From the NCBI GenBank assembly GCA_028534125.1, contig CM052817.1:44890001-44954000 (forward strand): 64,000 nucleotides of DNA, in the 5' to 3' direction. A model generated the notes under the pieces. The model ran no database searches and had not been told where the DNA came from. It saw only the letters and a program-made list of their open reading frames with translations. Position numbers and translations under genes: made by a program. This DNA is from Lama glama (Eukaryota). Below, piece after piece: positions 52,750 to 64,000 of the stretch. Each line of letters opens with the position of its first letter. Within the stretch, counting starts at the first letter, position 1.

Positions 52750-53207
52750 ACCTAACAGCCATTTCTAGTTCTCTTCTCCTCTGTTCCCCTACACAATAGA
52801 AACTGGAAAAGCTAATTACTCTATTTTCAAGATTTTCTTATAGTAACAGATGACCAAGTAGCTGTTCTTGGTCATGTGATATGCAATCAGAAGTCAACTT
52901 GGAGTTTCTGGGAAAGCTTTTACTCTCTTGATTAAACAGGCAGATCTGGCTGCCATCCTTCTTTCCTTTTTGTCTTGAACACAGACTGATGCCTACAGCT
53001 ATCAAAAGTCACACTGCACACATAAATCAACAACCAAAATGCTAAAATTGGTGGACAAGAAAGACAAAAAGAGTCTACATACTGATGATGTTGCTAAGCC
53101 TCTGTACCAACTCTGGACAGTTCACCTCTAGATTTCTTATTAGACAAGAGCCACCAGGCAGGTTTTCTGTTACAGCTGAACAGAATAAAAAATTCCTAAC
53201 TAATGCA
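52750..53207 (+). mobile_element. ERVL-class LTR (LTR16/LTR33-like)
   Basis: tttctgggaaagctttt...ctctagatttcttatt...ttcctaactaatgca. Confidence 0.5.
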
Positions 53208-53424
53208 GGATATATTAGAGCTAAGTACTCATTCTCTATTGTGAGAAGTCAATAAACAATGTCTAAAATTTTTTAAATCAAGAAAGAACGTGCTGAAGCA
53301 TGTTAGTTACTTAGAAACATGACAGTAAGTACCTAAAAAAAAAAAAAGAAGAATACATAGCACTGAGGAGTGGGAATCGTGGACAGGAAGCAGTAGGTTG
53401 CTACTTCTCACTATAAGCCTTATA

Positions 53425-53616
53425 AGTAGGGTTTTGAGCCGGGTACCACTTTGCTGTTGGCGGGGGAGGAGCTATCCTGTGTTGTTTAGCAGTGTTCTCT
53501 GGCTTATACCCACTAAATGCTAGTAGCAACTAGAGGTAGTTGGGACAATTAAAAATGTTTCCAGCTACTGTCAACTGACCCTACAGGGCAAAATTGCCCC
53601 TGGTTGAGAACCACTG
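53425..53616 (-). mobile_element. MER20 (hAT-Charlie)
   Basis: ...gggcaaaattgcccctggttgagaaccactg terminus. Confidence 0.7.
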
Positions 53617-53846
53617 CCTTAAGTTACTACTTCATTTTTCTAACTTTCAATAATACTGTAAATGTATTATTTTGACAAAATTAAATTATGGAAAAGGAAA
53701 CTAACAGTATGAAAGGAGCTAGGTGGAAGACATCAATATCTGTTCTCCTTTCAAACACCTCCCAATTTCCTTCCTGATCTCTCCTTGGGCCTACGATACC
53801 CACTCCTTCCCTCCCAGACAAGCACAGACTGAACAGAGACACTTAC

Positions 53847-54555
53847 CACCTAGAAATGCACACTCATAATGGCTGCAGGTCTTGTTTGTGCTTTGAAGGA
53901 TAAGGTTATTGCCAGACTCATTCTGTGACACGTGAAAAATCTCGTTCAAAGGTATTAAAATAATTCTTTCACTTTCTTTATCAAAAAAATTTTCAACGGC
54001 AACTCCAAAGCATGTGTGGATGGTTAACAGAACTTGGTCATTAACAGCTTGAGGTTTGGCTGAATATGCCAAGGTAAAATGGCCAAATCTGGCTTGGTTC
54101 AGCCCTCCAAAAGTAAATGATGTATTCTGGTTTATGCTGTACACAACATTTTTGTAACTGTCCTCACAAGATCTTCTCAGCAACTGCAGGGCTTTTGTCA
54201 GGTAAAAATGAAAAGCTTTGAACTGGAAGCCATAGATGTAATCTTTTCGAGATTGGCCAGCCATTTTCACAGCTTCACTGAACAGACGGTAAAAGGAAGT
54301 TTGCTCTTGAGCTTCAGAAATATATGCCATCAGGGCTATTCCATGGTTATCCTTAAAACTCACAGGGAGAAAGAGCTGAGTCTTCCGAGCTTCCCACTTG
54401 GCTTTTGCATTTTCCCACACATCTTCCAAAAGCTGGAGGCTTGTTTTTTCCTCCTTGAGCAGTTGGGGAACATATTTGATTTCCATCCTGTCAGTGCATT
54501 TCAGGTATTCGTCATCAAATGCATTATCTGCCATGTCTAATATTTCAGCCTTTAC
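53847..54555 (-). CDS. ART3: ART3 large exon, ecto-ADP-ribosyltransferase (ARTC) fold domain, 709 nt
   Basis: ORF 53791..54561: VKAEILDMADNAFDDEYLKC...FKAFHFYLT...CSHYECAFLG. AAG acceptor, G|GTAAGT donor. Confidence 0.97.
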
Positions 54556-55439
54556 CTTCAAAGGAAAAGGAAATTAATACTCTTGAAATAAAGATATTTA
54601 GTATATATTATTTTCTCTCACCCTACTGCATCCATCCTGTCATTCCTTGCCAAGATTCTCTCCCTTGCTTACAGTGAACTTTGGGTATGTTTTTTATACA
54701 GGAAGTATATTCCACTGCTAGTGATAACTTCTCTCAGCTGTGACCTATTTGTATGAAAGAGTATGTTAGCGGGTGAGAAGTGTATGCATGACCACGCCTG
54801 TAGCTCACTCATCTGAACCCTGTGCAGATACAAAGGAGAGAAAAATGGTGTGAAACTGAAGACATGGGTGGCAGTCCTGGTTTTTTTTAAACAATATTCT
54901 TAGCTAGATTTCCTCAACCATTCAAGATTGTTGAGTGAATATGAAAAATCTTGTGTGAAATACTGTACATGATGGATACATACATAATGGCAAATATTAC
55001 GCCTTTTTCTTTGAGGACATCCACTTCCTTGTCTGTGTGGTTTCGCTAGGACTGATTCTGCATCTTCAGCCCATATGATAAGCAGTGATGAAGGTTTACA
55101 AACCAGAGCACTCTCAGAAAAATAAAAGGCTTTCTTTCCCAATAACCATAAGCTCTAACGATAACTATTGCCTTGGATCAGCCAACTGTTAAACTTTTGA
55201 TTCCATGGAGAATCCTGTTTGCAAATAAAACCAACAAAGAGGTTTGCAGAGCTGATAGGTGGAGAGAGATGAGGCCCTGATAACATTACTTAAGGCCTGA
55301 GTCTAGCTGTACCTGAAGATTATATTTTACTTGTTATGAGAATCAATAAATTCCCTATTTACCTGAGCTAGTTTCAATCATCATTCTGTTATACACAACT
55401 GGAAAAGGCCTAATGCATCCTTAAACTATACACATAATG

Positions 55440-55695
55440 TAAGAAGCAGGGTGGTGTAGTGTAATTAACACTAGCTTGGAGCCAGACAGATCTGGGTTCA
55501 AATTCCACTTGTTACTAACTAGGTACTAATTACTTATGGGAAAGTTACTTAACATGTCTGAGTTTCAATTCTTTTCATTTAAAAAAGTGAGGATAAAGTG
55601 AGGAAATAGTACCTTAGTTGCAGGATTGCTGTGAGGATTAAATGATACAATGAATATATGCAAAGTCCTTAGCCCCATGCCTGGCACACATCAAG
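55440..55695 (+). mobile_element. MIR SINE
   Basis: ttggagccagacagatctgggttcaaattcc...tgtgaggattaaatga...tgcctggcacaca. Confidence 0.8.
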
Positions 55696-55748
55696 CCTTT
55701 AAGAAGCTGTGGTTATTTTTTATCATTTCATAATAGAAATATAATGTA

Positions 55749-55893
55749 CAGTCATCCCTCAGTACCCAGGAGTCCCCAATGATATCAAAATCCAAAATGC
55801 TCAAGTTTCCTGTAAAAGTGGTGTAGTACAATGAAAACAGTCGGCCCTCCATATCCTTGGGGCCATGCATGTGTGGATATGGAGGACAGACTG
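55749..55893. mobile_element. Short Tigger2-derived MITE with internal hairpin
   Basis: TA|CAGTCATCCCTC...GACTG|TA; internal CAGTCGGCCCTCCATATCC pairs imperfectly with GGATATGGAGGACAGACTG. Confidence 0.8.
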
Positions 55894-56793
55894 TATTATA
55901 CCGTAAATTTCTCAAGGACAGGATATGTATCATATTTACCCTTTGAATGCCAAGCTTCTAGTATAGCAAAATATTCAGGTGAACTAAATAAGAACTCTGT
56001 GCTCTGGCCTATGGGTCAAAACACAAGATGAGCAAATCTGCTTGCTCAGAGACACCATCTAAGGGTTTCTACAAATTAAAGGGTGGTACCTTCCATATCA
56101 CTGACTCCTTCCACTGCTCTATACTTGTATGGTATACTGATTGCATAAGCTGCAACCTCAGTTGGAGACTTTATACAAACTCTTAGCCAGGACCTGTTAA
56201 AGTTGTAGGCTCCAAGTGAATGATTCTTGAAGTGTGTGAGTATGGTGGGGAGGAAAGCAAGGTGGAGAATCAACTTTAGAAAGAAAATAAAACTTGATCC
56301 CATATCCCACACCATCTCCTTCCCACTATCTCTCTTCTCTCGTCAGAGTCAAACTTCTTCAAAGAGATATCTATCTTTGCCATCTCCATTTCATTTCCAC
56401 TCCTATCTCAACCCTCTTCAATCTGGTTTCCAACCTCCATTCCTCCATCCAAACAGAGCTCACTAAGGGAACATTTCTTCTTAGACTCCTCTGCAGATCT
56501 AGCATATTCTAGTTGGCCATTAAACACTGGAGTTTCTCAAGGCTACTTATTTTCTAGTCTCAATTCCACTGTTAGGCAATTTTATAAATGCCCATAGTTT
56601 CAACTATCATCTAACTACCTCTGACCTGTCCTGTAAGTGCAAGAACTGTACATCAACTGCCTACTTAGTAACTCCACTTGAATTGCTCAAAGACTTTTCA
56701 AACAAAATAGTCTAAGACCAAGACCAAATTTAGAATCTTACTGTCTCCAACTACCACTAACTTCGTCCTTATATAAAACCATATATTTATTTG

Positions 56794-57100
56794 TAAGTGA
56801 AGTAAGCCAGAAAGAGAAAGAAAAATACCATATGATATCACTTATGTGTGGAGTCTAAGAAAAAAGACACAAATGAACTTAGCTACAAAATAGAAACAGA
56901 CATAGAAAACAAACTTATGGTTACACCAGGGGATAAATGGCTTGGGAAGGGATAAATTGGGAGTTCGAAATTTGCACCTCTTGGGGAGTGATGGAAATGT
57001 GATTGTGGTGGTGGTTTCACAGGTGTATATACCTATCAAAATTCATCAAATTGTACATCTAAAATATGTGTCGTTTACTGTACAGAAATTATACAATAAG
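56794..57100 (+). mobile_element. L1 3'UTR fragments (younger piece joined to an older 3' end at about 56977)
   Basis: taagtgaagtaagccagaaagagaaagaaaaataccatatg..., then aaattcatcaaattgtacat. Confidence 0.7.
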
Positions 57101-57174
57101 TTTTGTGAAATTTTCTTAGATTTCTCCTTCTCAGTCACCCACTGTGGCCACTCCATCATTAAGGCCTAAAAACT

Positions 57175-57385
57175 TTTACAGAGTGCTTTCTGTATATGAA
57201 ACACTAAGTGTTCATATATATTAACTCATTTAATCTTCATGGTAACCCTGTGAGGCAGGTAGTAGGTACTATTATTAGTCTCCTTTTTAGGGATGAGGAA
57301 AACTAAGGCACAGAGAGACTGAGTTACTTGTTTAGAATTGAATTTGAACCCAGGAAATCTGGCTCCAGAGTCTGTTGTCTTAACC
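57175..57385 (-). mobile_element. MIR SINE
   Basis: ctcatttaatcttc...gatgaggaaaactaaggcacagagag...tttgaacccagg. Confidence 0.8.
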
Positions 57386-58229
57386 AAAATGTTGTGTTTC
57401 TAATGATGAAGACCACTGACATTTACATACAGCACTTTTAAAAAAATTAGTTGAATTTCAACCTCATAACAACCCTTATAAAAGGTTGGGTAGACAATCC
57501 ATAACATCATTTTACAAGTGTTGGAATTGGGCCAACATCAAAAACTGTCTTGATTATCAGCCACAGAATATTCTGCTGGGGAACTTAATGAGAACCCTGA
57601 ACTCCTGGGTCTGTAGGTCAGTTTCTTGAAGTGGGAATCTGAGCTTTAGAAGATCAAATCATTGCCATCTCCTAGCCAAGAAATGCACTTTACTCTGCAG
57701 CACAGAATGTACTAGGGTGCATCTTGTGAACCAACGCCTAATTTATCTTCAAGACTTCAACATATCATAAGACATCGTACCCTGAAATCACCTCCCACAT
57801 TCCTCACATCATATCAAGAGTTGATCCAATATGTCCCTGTCTTTTCCCCTGTGCTTCTAGCCAGTCTCCACACATCTAATTTTAGGCATCAAGTCTTTCT
57901 GGCCCAATGCCACGGTTGATTGTGTGTTCTGTACAGTGAGTGCCTTGAACAGTCAAAAAGTTTACAAATGCCACAATCATTCAGGGAAAACTGAATGGAC
58001 AGTTAAAGACAGGTACAAAGGTGAACACACTGATTATATTTTCTTCCTCTGAGTTATCCACTGAAATAAAAGCCCATATGGATGAAATTTCAATTACCAA
58101 AAATTTATTACAAAAATGTGAAAATGACCTAAATGGTTAAAAAAGAAATTGGTTAAATTATGAAACATTCATAAAACAAACACATCAAAATTAAGTTGCA
58201 AAAGAATATTAAAAAGGCAGATCAAAACT

Positions 58230-58970
58230 ACTGCAAGATATTAACTCACACTCATTAGTTTGGCTATAAAGATAAGGGGGGAAAAGGAAAACAGCAAGCA
58301 CTGGCAAGGATGTAAAGAAACTGGACCTTCACACATTTCTGTATAAGTAACGTAAAATGGTGCAGTCACTGTAGGAAACAGTTTGGCAGTTCCTCAAAAT
58401 GTTAAACATAGAGTCTCCATATGACACAGCAATATCACTGCTGGGTATATACCCAAGAGAACTGAAAACGTATGTTTGCACAAACAAAAATCCATACCTG
58501 AAAGTTCGTGAAAGGACTATTCATTCCTAAGAACCAAAAAGTGGGACCAACCCAAATGTCCATCAATTAATGAATGGATAAACAAAATGTGGCATAACCA
58601 TGCAATGGATTATTATTAATCTATATAAAAAGAATGAAGTACTAATACTACAACTACAACATGGATAAATCTTGAAAATGTTATGCTAAGCAAAAAGAGC
58701 CACACAAAAGGCTACATATTGTATGATTCCATTCAGATGAAATGTCCAGAATACCCAAAACCACAGAGACAGAAAACAGATTAGCGGTTACTGGGCAAAT
58801 GCAGAAGGAGGGAACTGGGACTGACTGCTAACAGCTACAGGTTTTCTTCTTGGGGATGATAAGAATGTTCCATAATGACAGTAGTGATGGTTGCACAATA
58901 TAGTGAATATACAAAACCCACTGAACTGTACACTTTAAAATGGTAAATTTTTATATGTGAATTATACATG
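58230..58970 (+). mobile_element. L1MB-like 3' fragment
   Basis: gtaaaatggtgcagtcactg...aaatgtccatcaattaatgaatggataaacaaaatgtgg...ctgaactgtacactttaaaatgg. Confidence 0.85.
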
Positions 58971-59751
58971 AAGTGTTTATAAGTCACACTGCAGACCAAG
59001 TAACAGAATACACAATGATTCTATAAATAATAGATCAGAATATTAAATTCAAAATGGATAAAATTTTAAGAATTTAACACATTTTAAAGAAGATACACCA
59101 AGTCAGTGGACAAATACTCAGTAGTGATGTGACAGCTAACAATGTGGGGAAAACAAACCAAGTGAGATATCTGGCTTCTATTCTACATAAAAACATGTTA
59201 CAGAATGTTTAAATAGTCTATTGCAAAAAATAAAATCATAAAAGTTCTATCAGAAAAAAAGAATACTGAATGTAAGAAAATGGTCATTATACAGTTTAAT
59301 GGAAAACATGTAAACAAACATTGTAGTGCCATCTTACCTAGAGAAAAATACATATTTTTCAGAATATTTGATGCCACAGACAGATACCTGTAGCACAGTA
59401 TTAACTTAAAAAGGTTAAAAAAATACTATGTAATAGTGTGAATCCATTTTAGTAAATTATAAACACAAACACATAGGAAAAAGCTAAGAAGAATATACAC
59501 CAACAAATTAGGAGTCTCTCAGGGTCAGAGGGATTGTGGATAATTTTCTCTTTCCTCTCTTGGCTTAATTTTAATTTTTCAATGTTCTACAGTTAACATG
59601 TATCAATGTATAAAAGAGCTACTTGTAAAACAACTAGTTTACCTATTACATCTGTTGTCATTTTCATCATTAACCCACACAAATGCCTCAGGCAACATTA
59701 TATCAAGCGTTCCCATTCCAGTGACCACATGCTTCCCATTCCTAACATTAC

Positions 59752-59820
59752 CTGGAAGATGTCCATTAGAATCATAGGTGCCAGCAGCACGGTAACCACT
59801 GCAAAATATCCTGTCTTCAT
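59752..59820 (-). CDS. ART3: ART3 first coding exon, signal peptide (MKTGYFAVVTVLLAPMILMDIFQ); exon starts at 59829 with 9 nt of UTR
   Basis: TTTAG acceptor, ATG at 59820-59818, CAG|GTAATG donor; phase 0 joins the large exon. Confidence 0.92.
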
Positions 59821-59910
59821 TTTTCTCTTCTAAATTAAAATGAAGGAATTCCAAGTTAGGAGATCTTTAAAAAAAGGTTTAGGGAGGTAGAACAGGATGA
59901 TGTAATACAT

Positions 59911-59927
59911 ACACACACACACACACA
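59911..59927. repeat. (AC)n microsatellite
   Basis: About 8 AC units seen directly. Confidence 0.8.
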
Positions 59928-61001
59928 TTTTTTTCATTCTAGATAAGAGTGGATATCATGGTGGTTAGGAAGTTATTATTAATAAATTTCCAATGGCTAA
60001 AAGGGCCATTAGGTTTTGTCTGTTGTCTAACACCCTCATTCTACAGATGAGGAAACAAAAAGCTCAGAGGACTTCAGCAATTTGCTCAGGATTAAATCTG
60101 TCCATTTCTATTTTCCTCTAGACGTGTTGTTTCTCCCACCATAGTCATTAGTAGTCATATTTTCTTCCTATCTCTAAACCTCCTCTCAGCATACACAGGA
60201 AATCACTAAAAAACAACTATTTCAAATTGGTCTCCTAGCTCCCAGGTTCCAAGAATTCTCCAGAAGTTAGTATCTATGCACACCATCCATTCTTCTATCC
60301 TCTTTGCAAACCAAGTTATGCCCATTTGAGTAGGGTGGAGGCCAGCAGTGGTAAAAACTAGGTTATCTGAGGGGGTCTTCTTCTTCCAAATATTCACATT
60401 TAAGAGAAGTCAAAGATAAAACAAGTGTTTTGCATAACTTTCTGAAGGCAGGAATGAGAGTAAGAAGGAACTGGGCAGGTAGCAATTCTAGTAAGATTAT
60501 ATAACTCTGTTGGCTGAATGTCCAATATTCATCCCCATGTTCACGAGATGGAAACAGATAAACAGAAGGGTAAGAGGCCCTCAAGGGCTAAAGCTATCCC
60601 AGAGTCATTAACCGATTCAATTTAGGGTTGGTTTATAGTTCTCGCCATGCACCTACAACAAGGTTCACATTACTGGAACTGAAATCTCTTTTTTATCCTA
60701 CCAATCACCATATTCTGGCATCTGAAAGTGGGGATGAACAGCACAGGGGAAAGAAGATAGTCTTCCCTTTGGCCCCAGATTCCCATCTTCTTTTAGGAGC
60801 AGTTTATTTCACTAAATATACTAAAGGATAGTACCAAAATGCCACTTTTGTGTTAAATTACCCTTTATAAAAAAGATTTGGAATTTAATACTTGACAAAT
60901 AACTGTTACAAGGCAGTATGTGCCAAGCAAGCTCCAAATCAGGATTTTCTGGGAGATTCTTCACTTCTGTAGAATGAATGTAAATAAGTCAAAATGTTTA
61001 C

Positions 61002-61115
61002 CTGGCTTTCTGCCTGTGGAGAAGGTTTAAATGATGCTAGGTCTCAAACTGTTTCCCCACTCTTTCAGTTGTGGTGAATGTGTCTTCAGGATGGGAGGTT
61101 GTTGACACTGAGAGC
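61002..61115 (-). other. ART3: Probable non-coding first exon of ART3 (proximal promoter)
   Basis: CCAG|GTAAAC donor at 61001; TCAG Inr-like sites about 26-33 nt downstream of a TATA box; 1172-nt intron to the first coding exon. TSS approximate. Confidence 0.65.
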
Positions 61116-61134
61116 TGAGAAGGGAATGCTTTTC

Positions 61135-61203
61135 TTTTTATAAACACCCCCAGCAGTAGCTTGGCAGTGGCACATTACCCCATTTGTGTTCTGCTATTTA
61201 TAT
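61135..61203 (-). promoter_or_regulatory. ART3: ART3 proximal promoter: TATAAAAA box, E-box, MEF2-like site
   Basis: TATAAAAA on the - strand (61142-61135), CATTTG E-box (61181-61186), CTATTTATAT (61194-61203), one mismatch from MEF2 YTAWWWWTAR. Confidence 0.6.
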
Positions 61204-62859
61204 CTGGCCCCCACACTATCCCTTGGAATCACTACTGTTAACACATGAAATCTCTAAGAGGCTTGTAAAGCCACAGAAATTTCCTCTAACCACATAGCAT
61301 GTTTAGTTCTGAGCCCTCAGTTCTGGGCTTCTCAGAGAGTGATCACTTCCCATTCCTAATCCTTTGACTCTTTGACTCTGAGATGTCAAACTAAAGCAAG
61401 GCTTTTACCTTAGCTAGATGGTTCACAGAACAAAGGGGACTAGCTGTGTTAATCACTGGCAATGGTGACGGCTATTACCATTCACTCCATCAGCTTACTG
61501 TATTTTAGGTACTGTGCCAGGTGCTGGGATACACAAGCAAGTAAAATAAAATTGGAAAGCACTCAGTCCAGTGAAAACCATGCGTGTGCATACTTAACCA
61601 GAATACATGTTAAGAATCTTAAGTATAGGCAAAGTCCAGTGAAACATCTATCGAATGGAAGAACTTGGTTAGTACCTGCAACTACAGCTCTCATTCGAAT
61701 AAGGTACACCTAGTAAATATATTGACTGCAACACTGAAGAATACTTAACAGTTCAGTGACTATGGATAAGAAACTATGAAATGTCCTAGGAAATTCATGC
61801 ATATGTACACCAAGTTAATAGAATGTATCATATATAGTAGCAATATTCATAAAAGCCCCAAATTGCAAACCACCCAAATGCATATAAATAGTAAAATGGA
61901 TAAATTGTGGTATATTCAAACCATGGAATTTTGCATAGTATTAAAAATGAATAAATTCTAACCATATATAATAAATGTGCGTAAGTTCCACAAATTTTGA
62001 GCAAAAGAAGAGATACAAACAAGTATATACCGCATGATTTAATTAATATGGAGTACAAAATCAAGCAAAACACATCTACAGCATTACCCCCATCCCTGGA
62101 AATCTCTTACTTGTATCTATGAGCTTGATTTTTTGTTTCTGTTTTTAGATTCCACATATCAGTGAGATCATATGTTATTTGTCTTTCTGTGTCTGACTTA
62201 TTTCATTTGGTATGCCCTCAAGGTCCATCCATGTCAGAACAGTAGTACTCTGAATGGGAGGTAGTAACTGGAAGAGACACAAGGCGAGCATCTGGGATGC
62301 TCGTTAGGTTGTTTTTGGTTCTGGGTGTTAATTATACTGATGTATTCAGCTTATGAAAATTCACCAAGCTATATACTTACATGTATTTTCTTCTCTCTGT
62401 GTGTACATACACAACTACTCAATGAAACATTTTAAACTGTCATGAAGTGAACCCACTTCTACAAAACCCATCTATACTCTTCAGACTCTTCCAGACCTCT
62501 AGCCTCTGCCCACTTCACTGGCTAAGAAATTTAAGATTAAAAACACTGAATAGACTCTCAGCAACTGCACCATTTTAAAAAACAGAGTTTGGTTAGAAAG
62601 AAAAAAGAGTTTCCACATGTTTTCAGGCCTTATGTTTGCACTGACTTGCATTTACGTCCCAGGTATGTGGGCCTACAGGGAATGCAGTAGGGGGATTTAC
62701 CTGTATTTGGCCCACTAAAGCCTATTAGATTCATCAATATATCACACGAAAGACTGAGTCTAACAAACACACACTGCAAGAAGTTCAAGGTAAGTTTGGC
62801 CTTATTTATTCTCAATATGCTTTTGCTCCATTCTTGTTTACTTCCAGAAAAACATAATG

Positions 62860-64000
62860 ACTTGATATTTGTATATACTGTGAAATGATCACCACAATTA
62901 AGTCTAGTTAACATCTGTTATCATATCTAGTTACAAATTTTCTTTTCTGATGAGAACTCTTAAGATTTAGTCTCTAGCAACTTTCAGATGTGCACTAGAG
63001 TATTATTAATTACAGTTGCCAATTCGATCCTCATAACTTATTTTACAGCTGGGACTTTTGTACCTTTTGACTCCCTTCCCCTTTTTTGCCTAACCCTCAT
63101 CCCCACCTCAGGCAACCAATCTCTTCTTTGTATTTATGAGCTTGATTTTTTGTTTCTGTTTTTAGATTCCACATATAAGATCATATGTTATCTGTCTTTC
63201 TCTGTCTGACTTATTTCACTTGGTATACTGCCCTCAAGGTCCATCCATTGTTACTACAAATGGCAAGAATTCATTCTTTTTTATGGCTGAGTAATATTCC
63301 ACTGTGTACATATGTACCACATTTTCTTTATATATATTCATCCATCAGTAGGCACTTAAGTTGTTTCCATATCTTGGCTACTGTAAATAATGCTATAAAG
63401 AACATGGAGTTGCAGAAATATTTTCAACCGAATGTTTTCATTTTCTTTGGATAAACACCCAGAAGTGGAAATATTGGCTCATATGGTAGCTCTATTTTTA
63501 ATTTTTTGAGGAAGCTGCATACTATTTTCCATAGTGACTGTATCAATTTACATTCCCACCAATAGTGCACAAAGATTCCCTTTCCTTCACATCCTCTCCA
63601 ACATTTGTTCTTTCTTGTTTTTTTGATAATAACCATTGTAACAAGTGTGAGGTGACATCTCATATCTCATGGGTTTGTTTTGTGTTTTTAATTTTCAGCA
63701 AACCACTCAATTCTTTTTCTTATAATTGAAGTATAGTTGATTTAAAATCTTGTGTTAGTTTCTGTGTTATGTGTTAGCATAGTGATTCAACTTATCCCTC
63801 CCCCTCTTTCCCTTTTTATTACCATAAGTTTGTTTTCTATGTCTGTGAGTCTGTTTCTGTTTTGTAAGTAAGTTAATTTGTGTCATACTTTCAGATTACA
63901 TACAACTAATACCATGTAACACTTGCCTTCTTCTCTCAGACTTACTTCACTTAGTATGATAATCTCTAGGTCCATCCATGTTGCTGCAAATGGCATTATT
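62860..64000 (-). mobile_element. Two adjacent antisense L1 3' fragments (about 62860-63665 and 63710-window end)
   Basis: ORF 63424..63663 resembles the L1 ORF2 C-terminus (KCWRGCE...HYWWECKL); the second fragment begins ttataattgaagtatagttga. Confidence 0.85.

Noticed and set aside
54208..54540. 110-aa + strand ORF
   Set aside because: Antisense shadow of the ART3 large exon.
1..64000. CRISPR arrays, operons or prokaryotic defence systems; CXCL9/10/11 or SCARB2 coding exons
   Set aside because: The sequence is mammalian with no spaced direct-repeat array, and I saw no chemokine or SCARB2 exons; by human synteny those genes would lie outside the window.

Overview
Mammalian genomic DNA, most likely a camelid, inferred from two tRNA-Ala-derived Vic-1-type SINEs. 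Two spliced genes converge tail to tail. (1) NUP54 on the + strand: CpG-island promoter near 4.3-5.2 kb and 12 canonical coding exons (4542..31413) that splice to a 509-aa nucleoporin. An extra in-frame 162-nt FG-repeat cassette exon lies at 5281-5442. (2) ART3 (GPI-anchored ecto-ADP-ribosyltransferase-like protein) on the - strand: a TATA-containing proximal first exon near 61.0-61.1 kb, a signal-peptide exon, a 709-nt ART-domain exon, eight 30/33-nt phase-1 micro-exons encoding the stalk, and a GPI-signal exon. With all exons included it encodes 389 aa. The rest is intron and intergenic DNA full of L1, L2, MIR, MaLR/ERVL LTR and hAT/Tigger fossils; repeat family names and boundaries were recognised by eye and are approximate. 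Nearly all ORFs in the supplied track are spurious or are exon read-throughs. I found no evidence of a wholly new biological system. The most interesting signals are the modular in-frame exon cassettes in both genes, the degenerate ART3 active site, and an orphan L1 5' end (promoter) inside an ART3 intron. Comparisons with human or mouse proteins are from recall and need checking.
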